Shown: piece by piece, positions 16,133 to 30,691 of the stretch
Position numbering within the stretch: the first letter of the stretch is position 1
How the letters are laid out: every line of letters begins with the position of its first letter
Assembly (NCBI GenBank): GCA_951406725.2
Contig: OX597819.1
Span: 85,126,001-85,190,000 of the forward strand
Length of the DNA: 64,000 bases
Direction: 5' to 3'
Origin: Octopus vulgaris
Lineage: Eukaryota
Program-made: the position numbers and the translations under genes
Notes under the pieces: generated by a model
Seen by the model: the letters and a program-made list of their open reading frames with translations, nothing else
The model's database searches: none
Told to the model about the DNA's origin: nothing

Positions 16133-18187
16133 GGTGTAAAGTTACACAAGTTACTCAAAGATCAAAAATGTGCAATGCATGACAGCCCTGGAATCACTTA
16201 TGCAACTTTACAGCCAAATAAAAGATATATTGTCATAAGTAGTAAGTTCTATTTTTTCAAACACACACTTCCTGGAGGTATGTAAGTTTTGAATGCAAAA
16301 ACAATCTTAATGCAGCAAGAATGTATAAGTTTGTACGTACGTTTACGTGTGTATAGGCGAAGGTGTGCAAATTTTCCGTGTGCATGTGCTTGCATAATGT
16401 TTTCTGAAAATATAAAGCAACTAAGCCCAAATTTATCGATATACATTATATATTTCTGTGTATCTCGATATTTTTACTTCAGTACTCGTAAGAATAGAAC
16501 GGTATAGAATATAATAATCGCATATTTTCTTAAACATAGACAAATATACATGTATTTCACTAAGAGCTCAATAGCATTAGATTTATATATAAGTACATAC
16601 TGAAATGTCAGGTCACCCTGAACTAAACGCAAAAAATATTTTTACCGAGGAAATATTTTGTAACGTAATCAACAGTTATTCTATACGAAACCGAAAGGAA
16701 ACATATAAGAAAACACCACACATATAATTTACGATTATAAGTATTTGGACAGTCAAGCCATGTATCTGAATGTCTTAAGAGTATATAGCAGCTTGAATGA
16801 TTAAGCTGCATCTATAACTAGCAAACTTGGAAAAATATCTTGGACTTCACAACATATAAATTACCCAAACTCTAGCCTTTATGCCTAGAACGCTTAACGT
16901 AACCTAAATTTGTTCTAAAGTCGTATATGCACAATGTACTTTGAAATATTTGGTCTAAAGAGAGAAGAAATAAAATATTAGGTTGGTAAGTCCGGGAAAG
17001 CACCAGAAAAACTACGTTGGGGGATTCAAATATCGTCTTGTATTCTGCAAGAATAAAGAAAATAAGTTATAAAGTACTGAGATTTATTTAATTGACTATA
17101 CTTGCAATCCTATATTTATTTAACCAAAATATTTGTAATCCTATGTTGTAACGAAAGTGGAATAAACTGTCTCAACTGCATGTTAAACTATGGTCGCTGT
17201 CTGACTTCCGTTTGAATTATCTTAAAATTTGTATATCGTTTGAGTGAGTAGGGTATCAATGTTTGAAGGAAGTGAAGATTTATAGTAGTTTAAGTTGCAC
17301 CACGTGTAATCGTGGCCGGAAATTTAAAGAAAATATTGTCCTGGCGCTTTGCCAATTCTCTGAATTCATAGCTCTTACTGTCATACAATTGAATTATTTC
17401 GATTCAATAGTAAGCTCAGTTTGTTGTTGGAGACAAAATGAATACTGTCAATACAAGATAATTACTTGATCTTAGTTTAGCATCACCGGAAGGAAGAAAA
17501 GAAAATTCAGCCTTGAGGATAAAATTAAATAATTTAAGGAATTTAGTCTGATGTTCTCGTGTTTCTGTCAATACAATACCGTGTTGTAATGAAAATATTC
17601 ATTAAAAAAATGTTAGATCAAACAAAGAAATCTGAAAATAGCAACTCTATAATTTTTACAGAAATGTGTCGATAATAAAGTGTCTTCGAAATAAAAAAAA
17701 TTAAAAAAGCACTATAAAACCAAAAAGAAGGAAGCTCATATGTTTTATTTTAACAACTGCATTTTCCTTTCTCTTCTTATTTAAAAATTTTTGATAATTC
17801 TACAGAATTTTTTTGTTTAACATCAACAATTATTTTGAGTAGCATAAAGAGAAATCGTATTAAGCAAATAAGCCTACAACCATTACTTTAGCCAAAATAG
17901 CATATAAATAAAATACATTCTACATTCCACTAATATATTTTGATTTAACATTTGAATGCTTATTTGAATTTAGATTTCCAAAGTAACTCAGGCAGGTAAG
18001 AAAAAAAAATATATCAAAATAAAACATCATGTCTTATGTGAATTAAAGATTTTGCCTTTTTAAGTACGTTCCGAAGAAATAAAACCGTTTCTCGTTGTCA
18101 ATTACATTTCTAAAGGACATATCTAGCAAATTCATGTATTTTATTTATATATACATGAAAATATTTGTATGTATAAAATCGCGCACT

Positions 18188-18550
<363 letters not shown>

Positions 18551-18569
18551 TATATACACATATACTAAA

Positions 18570-18873
18570 GGCGCGTGAGTTAGTGGCCAGGATATTCAGC
18601 TCACGATCGTAAGGTCAGGGGTGCGTTGTGTCCTTGAGCAAGACACTTTATTTCACGTTGATCCAGCCCACTCAGCTGGGAAAACTAAGGAGTATCTGTA
18701 TTTCAAAGGTTCGACCTTGTCACATTCTGTGTCACCCTGAATCTCTGTGGGAACTACGTTAATGGTACGCGTGTCTGCGGAGTGTTCAGCCACTTGCACG
18801 TTGATTTCATGGGCAGGCTATTCCGCTGATCGGATCAACTGAAACCAACGTCGTCGTAATTGACGGATTACCA
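18570..18873 (+). mobile_element. SINE family C
   Basis: Homologous to 60441-60750 and 52759-53058. Confidence 0.85.
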
Positions 18874-18921
18874 ATGTTACACACACACACACATTTATAT
18901 ACATACGTACATATGTATATG

Positions 18922-19143
18922 AGGTGCAGGCGTGGCTTGTGTGGTAAGGAGCTTACTTCTCAACCATATGGTCTCGGGTTCAGTCCCACTGCGTGTCACC
19001 TTCGGCAAGTGTCATCTACTATAGCCTTGGGCCGACCAAAGCCTTGTGAGTGAATTTAGCATACGGAAACAGAATATATGTGTGTTTATGTGTGCAATGT
19101 GTTTGTGTCTTTTTTTTTCTCCAGCCATCGCTTGACAACCGAT
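18922..19143 (+). mobile_element. SINE family A
   Basis: Head ggtgcaggcgtggcttgtgtggtaag through catcgcttgacaaccgat. Confidence 0.8.
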
Positions 19144-19157
19144 ACATTCGTATATAT

Positions 19158-19265
<108 letters not shown>

Positions 19266-20030
19266 TATGCACACACACACAATGTATACACACACACACA
19301 CACACACATATATAATATTAGGGAATAAATTATTATTCCAACATTTCAGGTAAAATTCAGTATAATAATATTAGACCGAATTTCGTAATATACATATAAC
19401 ATACATATAATATATATATAATGTATACATAATATATGTATATAACTAATTTAGAGACGAACCACCATTCCATAAACTCAGTCAATGAAGAACCTGCCCA
19501 AAACCATGCTGTTTGACATATACCATTCAAAATACTAATCTAAAATTTTAATAATATATTATATTGAACAGTAAGATTAATACAATCATATAATATATAA
19601 AAGCAAATACTTTTAAAATCACAGTGAATACCATACAAAGAAACATTCATCATAAAAATATTAATCTAAAAGCAAATAAAGTATAAATTAAATAATAAAA
19701 AATAATACAATAATATAATGTATAACAGTAAGTACTTGTACATCGACTACGCGCGTTTCATGGCTGAATTAGGACTATACAAAATCATATAAAAAACCAT
19801 ATCCAAGTTCATTAGAATGGAAAAATGATTTTACTCCCAAAAGCAGTCGTGTGTACCTGTATGTGCGCGTGTGACGGTGTAAACGCGTGTGCGCTTGCGC
19901 GCTTGTATGTGCGTCTGCATGTATGTGCATATGTATGCGTACGTATATGCGTGTACGAATATATTTTTAGATGCGTGTGAGCATGCATCTATAGCTGTAT
20001 ATATATTTATATGTATGCGTATGCATCTGA

Positions 20031-20070
<40 letters not shown>

Positions 20071-20906
20071 GTGTTTGTGTATATATGCAGGTATATATGT
20101 ACGTGTGTGCGCGTACGTATGTCAATATACCTTCTTTCCTCCTCTCTGATATCTGTCACACTAACCTATCCTATCACATATCTCTATTTATAGAAATTTG
20201 ACATCTTTATATTCTTCCCTTCATTTTAAAACTACTACTCAGTTTAGTATCACTCCACCTATACTTTTTCTGTACCCATCCCTTAATGCAGCTCTACAAT
20301 ATCACCCTACTCATATATCTTACACTTATTCACTTCTTAACTTTAATCTCTTCCTATCCCTCCCCCTCTCCTCTCTCATCCTCCCCTCACATTATCTTGA
20401 CCACCAACTAACACTCCTTATCTCACTTCTTTCACCATTACTTCACATTTTTTGTTTTTTCATTTTTTCTTTTCTCTCTTTTTTTCTTTCTTTCTTTCTC
20501 TCATTTTCACTTCCTGTTTTCATTTTGATCTATCTTCTCATTCTAATCATACACATCTCTCCCCCCACTCTATCCACAAATACTACCAATACATTCTCAA
20601 ATTTTCATCCACACCACAAAACACTTTCGAATGAGCAACATAGAATCCAAGGCACCATACTTTGAAATGACTAAACATGAACTACTATTGGAACTTACAT
20701 ACCATGTACAGGAAACTTTTTTTTACCACTTCTATATACCACTTTCCTCGAATAATGGAACTGCAACTACAATAGCTTTATATATTTTATATTTTATTTC
20801 TACTTCCATCTTCTTATTTCCCTCTATATCCCCTGTATTTTCTTTTTCCATAATAATTCTTTATTTCGAACTGAAATATTTACCTTTATTTAACCACCTG
20901 ACATCA

Positions 20907-20952
20907 TCTCTGATGAAGGGATATTCATAATATCCCAGAAACAGCTGTAAGA
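20907..20952 (+). ncRNA. Type-I hammerhead ribozyme-like motif
   Basis: tct-CTGATGA-a-gggatatt(cat)aatatccc-a-GAAAC-agct-GTA-aga; 8-bp stem II, palindromic acagctgt stem III. Confidence 0.75.
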
Positions 20953-21017
20953 CTATATCTATATCTTTTTCTTATAAATTTCCTGAAAACTCTTCACAGC
21001 CTTGGCTTTGTTATCTC

Positions 21018-21066
<49 letters not shown>

Positions 21067-23770
21067 GCACACACATAAGTTCTTGATTTATTAGAATCAT
21101 CGAATTATTTTATCCTCTAGAGGATGTCATAATTATCAAATAGTAATTAAGACCTGCGCCATATCAGAACATGAGATAATCTCAAAACTTGATAAATTCT
21201 CCAAAGTTGTCATGTCATTAAGGAAAAGGACAAGTTTATTGACTGGAAGTTTAGACAATAATCTTGAACACATTTCTGCCTCAATACGTGTCATCAGCAC
21301 GACAATCTTCTTCAGTCATGTTCGGCATAAATCATGTGAGACAAACCCGATCATACACACACTCGCACAAACATATATATCGTGGCGTACCCGTGTGGTA
21401 TCCGACCATTACAATGAAAGTTTCATCAACTATTTGTTGCTCCAACATGTTCAGGTCTTTATTTGCACCGGGAAAAGGGAAAATACAAAGAGTACTGACG
21501 CCTCAAGCATTATAGTGTCAAACGCTTGGGTCACACAAGTGCCACACAAGTGCCACACAAGTGCCACTTTAAAAGTTTGAAGCTTTAAACTAGAGGCAAA
21601 AGCAGATAAAAGCAAGATGATCAGAAACTACAAACACAATAGATTTCATATCAGGCTACCTTCCTCTCATATGAATTTACGTATATATCGTAAATACGCA
21701 TATATCCGATATAGTGTATACGTGTACATACATATATGCACACATTAGTGGGTAGCTGTTAACATTCCTGAATTCATCTACCCTTTCATAGGCCTTGTGT
21801 TTCATTTTTGAATACCATTTGGTAATTTTCACCTTTAGAATTTCCTATTCTTACACCTCCCTCACATTTCCTTATCTTATATTTTGTGTTTGTGATGTCT
21901 TGGTTCAGTTTTTGTTGCTCAGTATTCTCTAGGTGTTCTAAGCGTTTGGATTCGTGGTGGTTTGTTATATCCATTATTATTTTAGCACTCTTTAAGTTTG
22001 TCTTCGACGTTTGTCTTATTTATATTTTGAGGAGATATTGTTTCTTTTAAATGTGGTATTTTAATTGCTGGTATGTTTTTGGTTTTGCAAATAACTCTGT
22101 TTAAATAAGCTAGTCTTTTCGGGATCCGGTAATATATTTAGTTCTAAGGTAATAAAATTTTTCAAAAAATCACAAATACACAAATAATAAACAGAAAACA
22201 ATAGCAGAAATAAAAACATTCAGAATGAAAATCTAAACTAGAATCCACTCAAATATTTCAACGATATGAACCCCCACCCAAAAAAACCCCAAAAAACAAA
22301 ACAAAAACAAAAAAACAATGCACTCAGGCATACACACGTTTTGCTAAATGAACAACCAGTGAAAAAATGACAGAGTCCTATTTTTAACGCTGCCAGTAAC
22401 AGATATGCAGATACTGAAAAACCATCGTGGAGAGAAAAAAATTGCTTGGCAGAACTTTGTGAAGAAGGGCACATTCACTGTCAAGGAATTTCATGATAAT
22501 GCGAGAGCTTTGAATGTTTCTCATCTCTGCATTGTCAAAATCTGAGCAGATTTCTATATGCGTTCAAAAGAGTAAAGATACCCCTGGCCGTCGTGTCCAG
22601 CTGAATCAAACATGAACGAAGTTCTTTTTAGAAGCAGACTGCGTGAAACATGGCTCACCATGTGATGGGCTGCACTACTAAAAAAATTTTCAAGGTGATT
22701 ATTCATTAGGCGTGCTATTCAGAAAGTCCCGCGAGCTGAAGTTGTCAATGACTAAGCTAAATTCCTCTAATGATCTGGGACTGCATGCTTCGTTCAACAC
22801 TAAGAATGCTGGAACGGAAAGCAGCCTGTATGGTAGAATGTCCTGATTAGGTTGTGGCTTCTTAGTTATATGTTAGCGTGTGTTGCCATCTTTAGTTTTG
22901 TATTTAATTTCTATTCCTTATATATTTATTTCCATAATACACACATTTTAATGATTTTGCATAATTAATGATAGCATATAGTGCATGATATCTGTGCTCC
23001 TTCCTCACATTTACCAGTACCTTTGTATACATTTTAATGTACTATTAAATGCAATAGGTCCTGGTGGGTCATTCATTTATACATGCAGTAATGATGATAA
23101 TAACAACAACAACAACAATAATAATGGTTTTAAATTTTTGCACGAAGTCAGCAATTTCAGGAAAGGGGGGATAGCGATTACATTGTCCCAAGTGCTCACC
23201 TGGTGCTTATTTTATCGACTCCGAAAGGATGAAAGCAATGTTGACCTCGGCGGAATTTGAAGTTAGAACGTAGAGACAGACGAAATGCTAATAAAATCGG
23301 AAAACTTTGAAGTGATTTGTAACTTGAAGAAAGTGAATCAATTCAAAGAACTGTGGGTGTTATTCTTTTAGTTTTTCGTCTTTTATGTGCTCCAACTGAA
23401 AGGCTGCGGTCATACTGGGACAATGCCATTATTAACTCTATTTTTTTTATTTGGTTTAAATGCTTACTCGTATTGTCAGAGGAGTCAGAAAGACATATAA
23501 ACGCAACAGAAAGAAATATAAGTGTGATAGATAGAGAAATAGATAAGTAGGTAGTTAGAAGTCGGCAGATCTACAGATATATCAATAGATATGCGGATAG
23601 ATAATAGAAATGAAAAAAAAAAGAAATGAAAATAATCTTTATTGACAAATAACCTGGACTGAGTCTCGTTGCTGTAATGTATAGTGGTGGTATCAGTAGG
23701 GATATTGCTTAGTGGGGGTAGCGGTGGAAATTGGACAGTGAAAAGTTTTTTGGTTTAATATCTTTATATT

Positions 23771-23820
23771 TTTGTCAGTGAACAGGTCGCGGATTTTAGC
23801 GACGAAAATATTTTGACAAA
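23771..23820 (+). ncRNA. Hammerhead-like motif with G3:C8 swapped core
   Basis: tttgtca-GTGAACA-g-gtcgc(ggatttta)gcgac-GAAAATATTT-tgacaaa; 7-bp stem I, 5-bp stem II, palindromic aaaatatttt; at the 5' end of a segment flanked by a 14-bp direct repeat. Confidence 0.6.
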
Positions 23821-24591
23821 TTAAACTTAAATGTTGAAGTGAATCGAACGGCTTTTGTGTGTTTCTTAAATGGCTTATAAACACCTTCCACGCTGCAATT
23901 GTTTTCGTTTCAGCACACGATCTCAGATCAAATTACTTGCTATGCGAGTACATCTCCGTAATATCTTTATATCGCCCATCGTTTAACTCATGCCCTTTAG
24001 TGCAATTAAGTATCGTCTACGAAGTTGAAATTTATATAAACATTACTGATGCCGCATACTTAATGTAAGTTTTGTTTATACGCTTATTAACTGTAGAATT
24101 TCGTCCAGGGAATGTCATCCCCAAAATACATTGAATACCTCAAAACCCGACGAAACGCATAAACAAAACGTATACATTAAGTATGGGACATCAATAATGC
24201 TTATATTATAAAAACAGCTTATAATTTTAAATTTAATTTTGTTTTATTTGTGCGGTGCTGTTAAGCATATCAGCAGATAAATTTTACACTATCTGCATAT
24301 ATACCTCAGACCAGCAATTCGAATTCGTTTTAAGGTATACGGAGCCGATGAACTGAAAAAGCAGTGAAATACCGATATCCACTAATCTCGTTCACTTCTG
24401 GGCAATTAGTTTTGTTAAGTTTTGAAATATTCAGTGTCTTATAACACTCCACGATTGAAAAGAATTTTCTTTGGACGAAATGCTGCAATTATTAAGTGCA
24501 TAAACAAAATAAAATCAGTAAATACAGAATATTAGTAATGCTTACATTATAAGAGCTGCTTTTAATTCAAAATTTTATTCTGAAACTTATA

Positions 24592-24812
24592 TATGTGGGG
24601 TGCTGAAGCGTTCCTGGCTTTCAGGGTGTCGCAAAAGGCCTGGTTGGAGACCCAACTTTCTGAGTTCTTTTACGGGGCTTAGAAAAACTGAAGGATCACT
24701 GCAACATGTGTGTGAATCGGAGACGGGAATATGTGGAATAAAATCGTAATTAACTGATCCTCTTTTATTTTCTTTTACCCAAAGCCAGGAACTTTTCAGC
24801 ACCACCTCGCAT
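24592..24812 (+). mobile_element. Mariner-derived MITE
   Basis: Imperfect TIRs ggggtgctgaagcgttcctggcttt / aaagccaggaacttttcagcaccacc; interior resembles a mariner C-terminus (..GEYVE*). Confidence 0.8.
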
Positions 24813-27775
24813 ATATTTTTTAAATGTGGACTTCACTAGACGACGCGAGCAGACAAAGGAAAGTATGGGAACATGTAAAGTACTGCATAGACAGTAGCAG
24901 AGAATTGAACAACTAGAACAAGCACGGGAGCAACATCATAGAAGAGAAAAAATTGAATGAAATCGAATGCAATGAATATTTACAATTGATGAAAGAAAGA
25001 GTTCAAGACTGATATAAAATAAAATTGAACGAGAACGACAAGGAAAAAAAAAAGCTCGAAAAAACATGGTTGAACGTTAGAAAATTGGTGACATATATGT
25101 TGCATGTAATCATAATGAAGCTCAAGCTTTAAGGATGTAGTTTTTAAAGATATTTATCTTTTTGAGACTGCAACTTCAATACTACCTATGTGAACTTTTA
25201 AACCATCTCAAGTCTCATATGCTTCAGAAAAAATATACAATTCCAGCTTACAATTTTCAAAATAACCATGGATTTTTCACGGGAACTGCTAGTTATTGAT
25301 ATCCCTGTGGGAAGGAAAAAGCATTATCATGATCATTTCAGGCAGGGATCTGGCAGAATCGTTAGCTCACAGGACAAAATACCTAGGCATTTCGTTTGTT
25401 GAGTTTAAATTTCGTCGAAGTCACTTTGCTTTCATGGTTTCGGGGAGATAAAATAAGTACTAGTTAATTACGGGATCGATGAAATCGTCTAGCCGATCAC
25501 CTAAAATTTCAGGTTTTGTATCTATAGTAAAAAGGATTATTATTATTGCCTCCATACTAGTGGCATGTATTTGAAAACTGTTCATAAGTTTGTTTATTTG
25601 TCTAGTTAGACAGTTTTGATCGTTATTTTTATGAATTTGTTGTGAAGCTAACCAGAACCTCAATTGGTTGGTCAGTTCCTTTACTTCTTGCCTCTTTAAT
25701 GTTAAAATTTGGAGAAAAATATTCTCGAAAATTTTGCTTTGAATAAACATTAAATGGAAGTTGGCATAATTTTCGACATCTAACCAACAAAGTAGGTGAT
25801 TTTGTGAAGAAAATGGAATCCGCCTCTGAATGTCTCTTCTTAACTCTGTCGGTGGATGAAAAATTTAAGAGTCCATAACGGTCGACAGCAACATTAACGA
25901 TAACGAAAACTACAACATGCTAAACGAAGAGAACAACTTATCAAACATCACTACTAGAAATATCATCATCATCATCACCAGATGATCGAAAGCAGTAACA
26001 GTTGCAGTACTAGCTCCTTCCCAAGAACTAGAACAAGATGATACTTGAGTTTGCATAAGAAATACCCTTTGGGATTCTTAGCGTGGCTGAATAGAAAATA
26101 TTGAAGACCGGTTTCAGAATATATAAATTTTAATTGTCGAGTTAATGTTGCTGTTGGATAATTATTCCTCCACATTGAATGAAAAAGGAGTTATATCAAA
26201 TCTAATTGTCACAAAATACTTGACTACAAATATTGCATTATCCCTAATTTAACCAATGGATCAAAGCATAATATCATTATGGAAGATTATCACGCGGCAC
26301 TTCTGAAAATTGTCAATTAACATGAATATTTGATAGTGTTTTTGAAAAAGTATATTTATGCCAAATGGAATGCAAAGGAAAACACTGTAATTATAATGTA
26401 GTATAACTGTTAGAAAATTTTGAAAACAATGGTTAAATGAATAATTGCAAAATGAATCGCGTGTGTAAGAAAGAATTTCAATATATGTGAAGTAGAATAT
26501 AGTCCCTTTAATTACAAAACAAAGAAAATACAAAGAAATAATATAAAGAGAAAGCTAATGAAGAATATCTGAGGCAAGGCACAGCGTTAAATTGATTTGG
26601 CCATCTTGGTTTAATATGGGAAAATTGCTTTAGATCTGACTGTCTAAAATTTGGTAACTTTTTAATTAGATACAAGTGTGTGTTTTGGAAAAAATACAAA
26701 AATGCCTGTTTACACACACACACATTCGCAAACACACATACACACACATGCATTCATACACACACATACACATACTTATGTATTTTAAAGAGCAGCTGTT
26801 TTTAGCTTATTGATAAATGAGAGAAAATTGTTTGTATTTAGGAAAAAGAACTTATATTTTGCCTAAGAAATTACATGTATTTTTAAAAAATAAAATACAA
26901 CTTTTCTTACTCTATTTCATCCCCACTCTCCCCCGCCCACAAAAACCCCCCGAAAAGAACGAATCAATGAAGAGATATATCCTCAAAATATTTGTGACAA
27001 AATTATCTTAAGTTTGCTTTTTTTAAAGAAAATATATAAATAAATCTAAGAAATACTTCCACATTTAAAGAACATTCACTATTATCTTTTTTTATAAATA
27101 TTTAAATATTTATAATTTAAAAAAAATCTCATATAGTTAATATAAAAACCAAACTGAATTTTGAAAATCAAAAGCAAACGTTATATTTTTCTTAGAACAC
27201 TTACATATTATGTTGGAGTAATATTGATAAAATTATTTTTCATAAGTTTGGAAGTGCGTTGGATCAAATGGAAAAGCACCGATTAAATATTAATGAGTAA
27301 TTCATTGCGTTACTTTTATATTATGAAAAAAAAAATCACTCTATGCTAAAACTTCGTATAATCCTAAAATTAGTCACTTCTGCATAAAAGAAAGATGAAA
27401 TTTTTTAATTCAACACTCGTCCAGTGCATTTTATTTGTACTTTACACAAAGTCAAATTTTTGGAGGCTCAGATATAGTTGAGAGAATAGATTCATGCATG
27501 TTATCGGTAGCTATTTATCAGCTGAAAGGTAAGAAATGCAAAGTTAGAATGTTGGAAGGTATTTTAGTCCGTCAGTCTATCGCTGCCTCGAACTCTGCAC
27601 CATCGTTTATCAACCTATAAGAGATTTTCATCATTAGCATAAAGTAAAACATTTGTAGCGAAGGATTTCCTCGATTCCATCAACATTGGTACATGCCGGG
27701 GTTATTTATTTAGTCGCCATGATAGATCGTTAGCCACTAAACACATTTTTCTCTCACCTTGTTTTTTCTGTGTCC

Positions 27776-27811
27776 CTTTCTGTAGAAGAGCGTAGGCTCG
27801 AAACATAAAAG
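27776..27811 (+). ncRNA. Non-canonical minimal hammerhead-like motif (A6U family)
   Basis: cttt-CTGTAGA-a-gagc(gtag)gctc-GAAAC-ATA-aaag; related copy at 51690-51725. Confidence 0.4.
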
Positions 27812-28255
27812 ACTTTTTCTATTCCTGAGCGTTATACTAATACATCTGTTTGTTTTGTACACCACCTGTCTTCGTCTTTTGATTTTTTCGTAAACTCTCC
27901 CCTTATTTATTTATTAATCATGGAAGAAGGAAAGCAAAGTCAATTTTGACAAGATTTAAACTCAGAATGAAGAGCATTTAGCTTTTCGATTTATCTCTTA
28001 CCCCAACATTCCTTAAAGTATTAACACTGTCTAAAAAGGAATAAAACTATCAGCTACCGCATATAGCTAACGTTATTAAGTAATTTTGCTACTGTCTCTA
28101 GGTTAGTCTCAATAGAGCAGACCTATAATCAGTGACTTTCTATCAATGAACATCTCCTCTTTTTACCGACACGGCATAGTAGAAAATACATTGTCTGTCC
28201 GATGTTCTTCCATTAGTAAGAAAGTTAGCTCTTATTTGAGAAAGGGAAACAGAGA

Positions 28256-28298
<43 letters not shown>

Positions 28299-29256
28299 TT
28301 CTTGCAAGTAGAGCGACATTGTACAACCACCTTTGTTGGACTCGTCAGGTGGCGTTTTGTTGTTGTTGGTGTTGAAGACTGCACTGAGTTAACCTTTGCT
28401 TATCTTGAAATTAAGTTGAAAAGAAAACGATAGCGTGATATTTTTCAAGAATATATTCTTCTAGTTCGTAGATTCTTCCAAAGCTTACTTTGTCATATCT
28501 ATTATCTGAGCCAAATTTCAGCCCTGATGAAAAACTGTTAAAACATTTGTGATTACATTTTGGCTACTTAAAATGTGTGTATGGCAAATAAAATGGTATT
28601 TAGTTGTCGAATTAAAAAAAAATTACCTTCAAATTACTTTTATTGGAAAACTTTTTTCTTGATAAAATTGGTATAAAGAGACAAATATAATCTTCAATAT
28701 AAGTAATTTTGCTTTAGATATGATCAGTAATATGCTATGTCTTGGTAATTTAATATGAAATAGAACTACAAACTTGATTACATATTTTCCAGGCTCCTTG
28801 GATAGCCATAGCGTTATAAATGGCCGGCGATAATTATTGTGACAATAACGATGAATATGAACATATATTATAATGATTATGAAGATATATTATAATGGTT
28901 ATAATTTACGATGATGATGATAAAAATTTACATTGAAATAAGTTTTATTTTCCGTTGTGGAAAATAAAAGTTTTCCTATTCTCATATGGAGAAATTACAA
29001 AAGCCGAAGGTTAATTACTTCGAATGGTTACTTCTTAAATATACTCTCTAAAATAATGAATTTGGAATATATGAGTTCATACTGATATGGAAATTATAAT
29101 TAGGTGCACAGAAATCGCAAATTTCGCAGTTACACAAGGCTTCTGTAAGTGAAATGTGTTCGTACATCCCTAGAACAGATATAATTATTTCATGAGAAAG
29201 TGGAATAGTGGTTGAAATTGTTGAAACCATGCATTAGAAATAATTAATCTGCATAC

Positions 29257-29288
29257 CTGATCCTTTATTGGTTCAATCTTTTCCCACT
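29257..29288 (-). CDS. Candidate 32-nt micro-exon, (x)WEKIEPIKDQ
   Basis: Acceptor ttttgctttccag and donor CAG|gtatgc; open frame, phase 1 to phase 0. No homology or expression support. Confidence 0.3.
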
Positions 29289-29702
29289 CTGGAAAGCAAA
29301 AGCACTTTCGATATTGAACAAATCAAGACAATCAAAATATAGAACGTAGAAACGCTCGAGATGAGGTTAAAAGTTCAGGAAATTTAATATCTCCTTTCAG
29401 ATATTTAGATATAAAAAGTGATAGAAAATGTCAGTACCTTTAACTTGGACAAGGAAGACAAATAACTAATGAATTATACCTAAAAACTGACAATATATCA
29501 TACAGAGTTTTGTTCTAACAATTGTAGAGATACAGTCAGCATCGACTAAATGTAATACAGCATTTTATTTTATCCATCTTCGATCTTAACTCAATTCATG
29601 GAAATCTTCCTTGCCATTTATATATACGGGATTGTCTAAGTAAATAATACACTAGAGAGAAGAAGAAGAAGAAGAAGAAGAAGAAGAAGAAGAAGAAGAA
29701 AA

Positions 29703-29744
<42 letters not shown>

Positions 29745-30111
29745 TAGAGCAGATGGGTCAATCGAAGGGTAAAAAACAAATATTCAGGAAACTAAAGGTT
29801 CGCATCCTGCCAAAGGCGTTGCATTGTATCTGTGAATAAGACACTTGTCTAAAAACATTGAATCATTGAATAATACTTGTGCTCGTTTATGTATGCATTT
29901 ATATATGTGTGTATGTGTGTATCTGTGTGTATGCATGCATATATGCATACACACATACAAATGTATTTGTGTGTGCGTTCGTATTGCATCTAATAAATAG
30001 CATAAAAGAGAAAGTTCTCAAGGAAGCTTCACATTGAGTATTACACAAATATATGGTTTAGTGTTGCATTATTCACAAATATCCTTTATGCAACTGAAAG
30101 GAAAATATTCT

Positions 30112-30507
30112 TTTCTACTCTAGGCACAAGGCCCGAAATTTTGGGGGAGGGGGCCAGTCGATTAGATCGAACCTAGTATGCAACTGGTACTTTATTTATC
30201 GAACCCGAAAGGATGAAAGGCAAAGTCGACCTCGGCAGAATTTGAATTCAGAACATAAAGACAGATGAAATACCGATTTCGTTACTACCCACATGGGGCT
30301 AAACACAGAGAGGACAAACAAGGGCAGACAAACGGATTAAGTCGATTATATCGACCCCAGTGCGTAACTGGTACTTATTTAATCGACCCCGAAAGGATGA
30401 AAGGCAAAGTCGATCTCGGCGGAATTTGAACTCAGAACGTAGTGGCAGACGAAATACTGCTAAGCATTTCACCCGGCGTGCTAACGTTTCTGCCAGCTCG
30501 CAGCCTT
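30112..30507 (-). mobile_element. Dimeric SINE family B with 19-bp TSD
   Basis: Two units; actgaaaggaaaatattct at 30093-30111 and 30508-30526. Confidence 0.9.
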
Positions 30508-30691
30508 ACTGAAAGGAAAATATTCTCTCATAAACACGTACAACAACAAGTCTACAAAGCTTTCTTTTTCAGTCAATTTATCTCGTGCTACTTTCTCTGA
30601 AATGAGCATAAATTAGTAGTATGCATAACATTCTCAGTAAATCTTTCAAGATATATCTATCTCCTTTTCTCTCATTGTCATTCTTAAGTAC

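Noticed and set aside
19745-19765. Minus-strand GAAAC-gcgc-GTA half motif
   Set aside because: No matching CUGANGA half was found.
20198-20930. Hydrophobic 155-aa and 99-aa ORFs
   Set aside because: Pyrimidine-rich low-complexity sequence with no recognisable domain.
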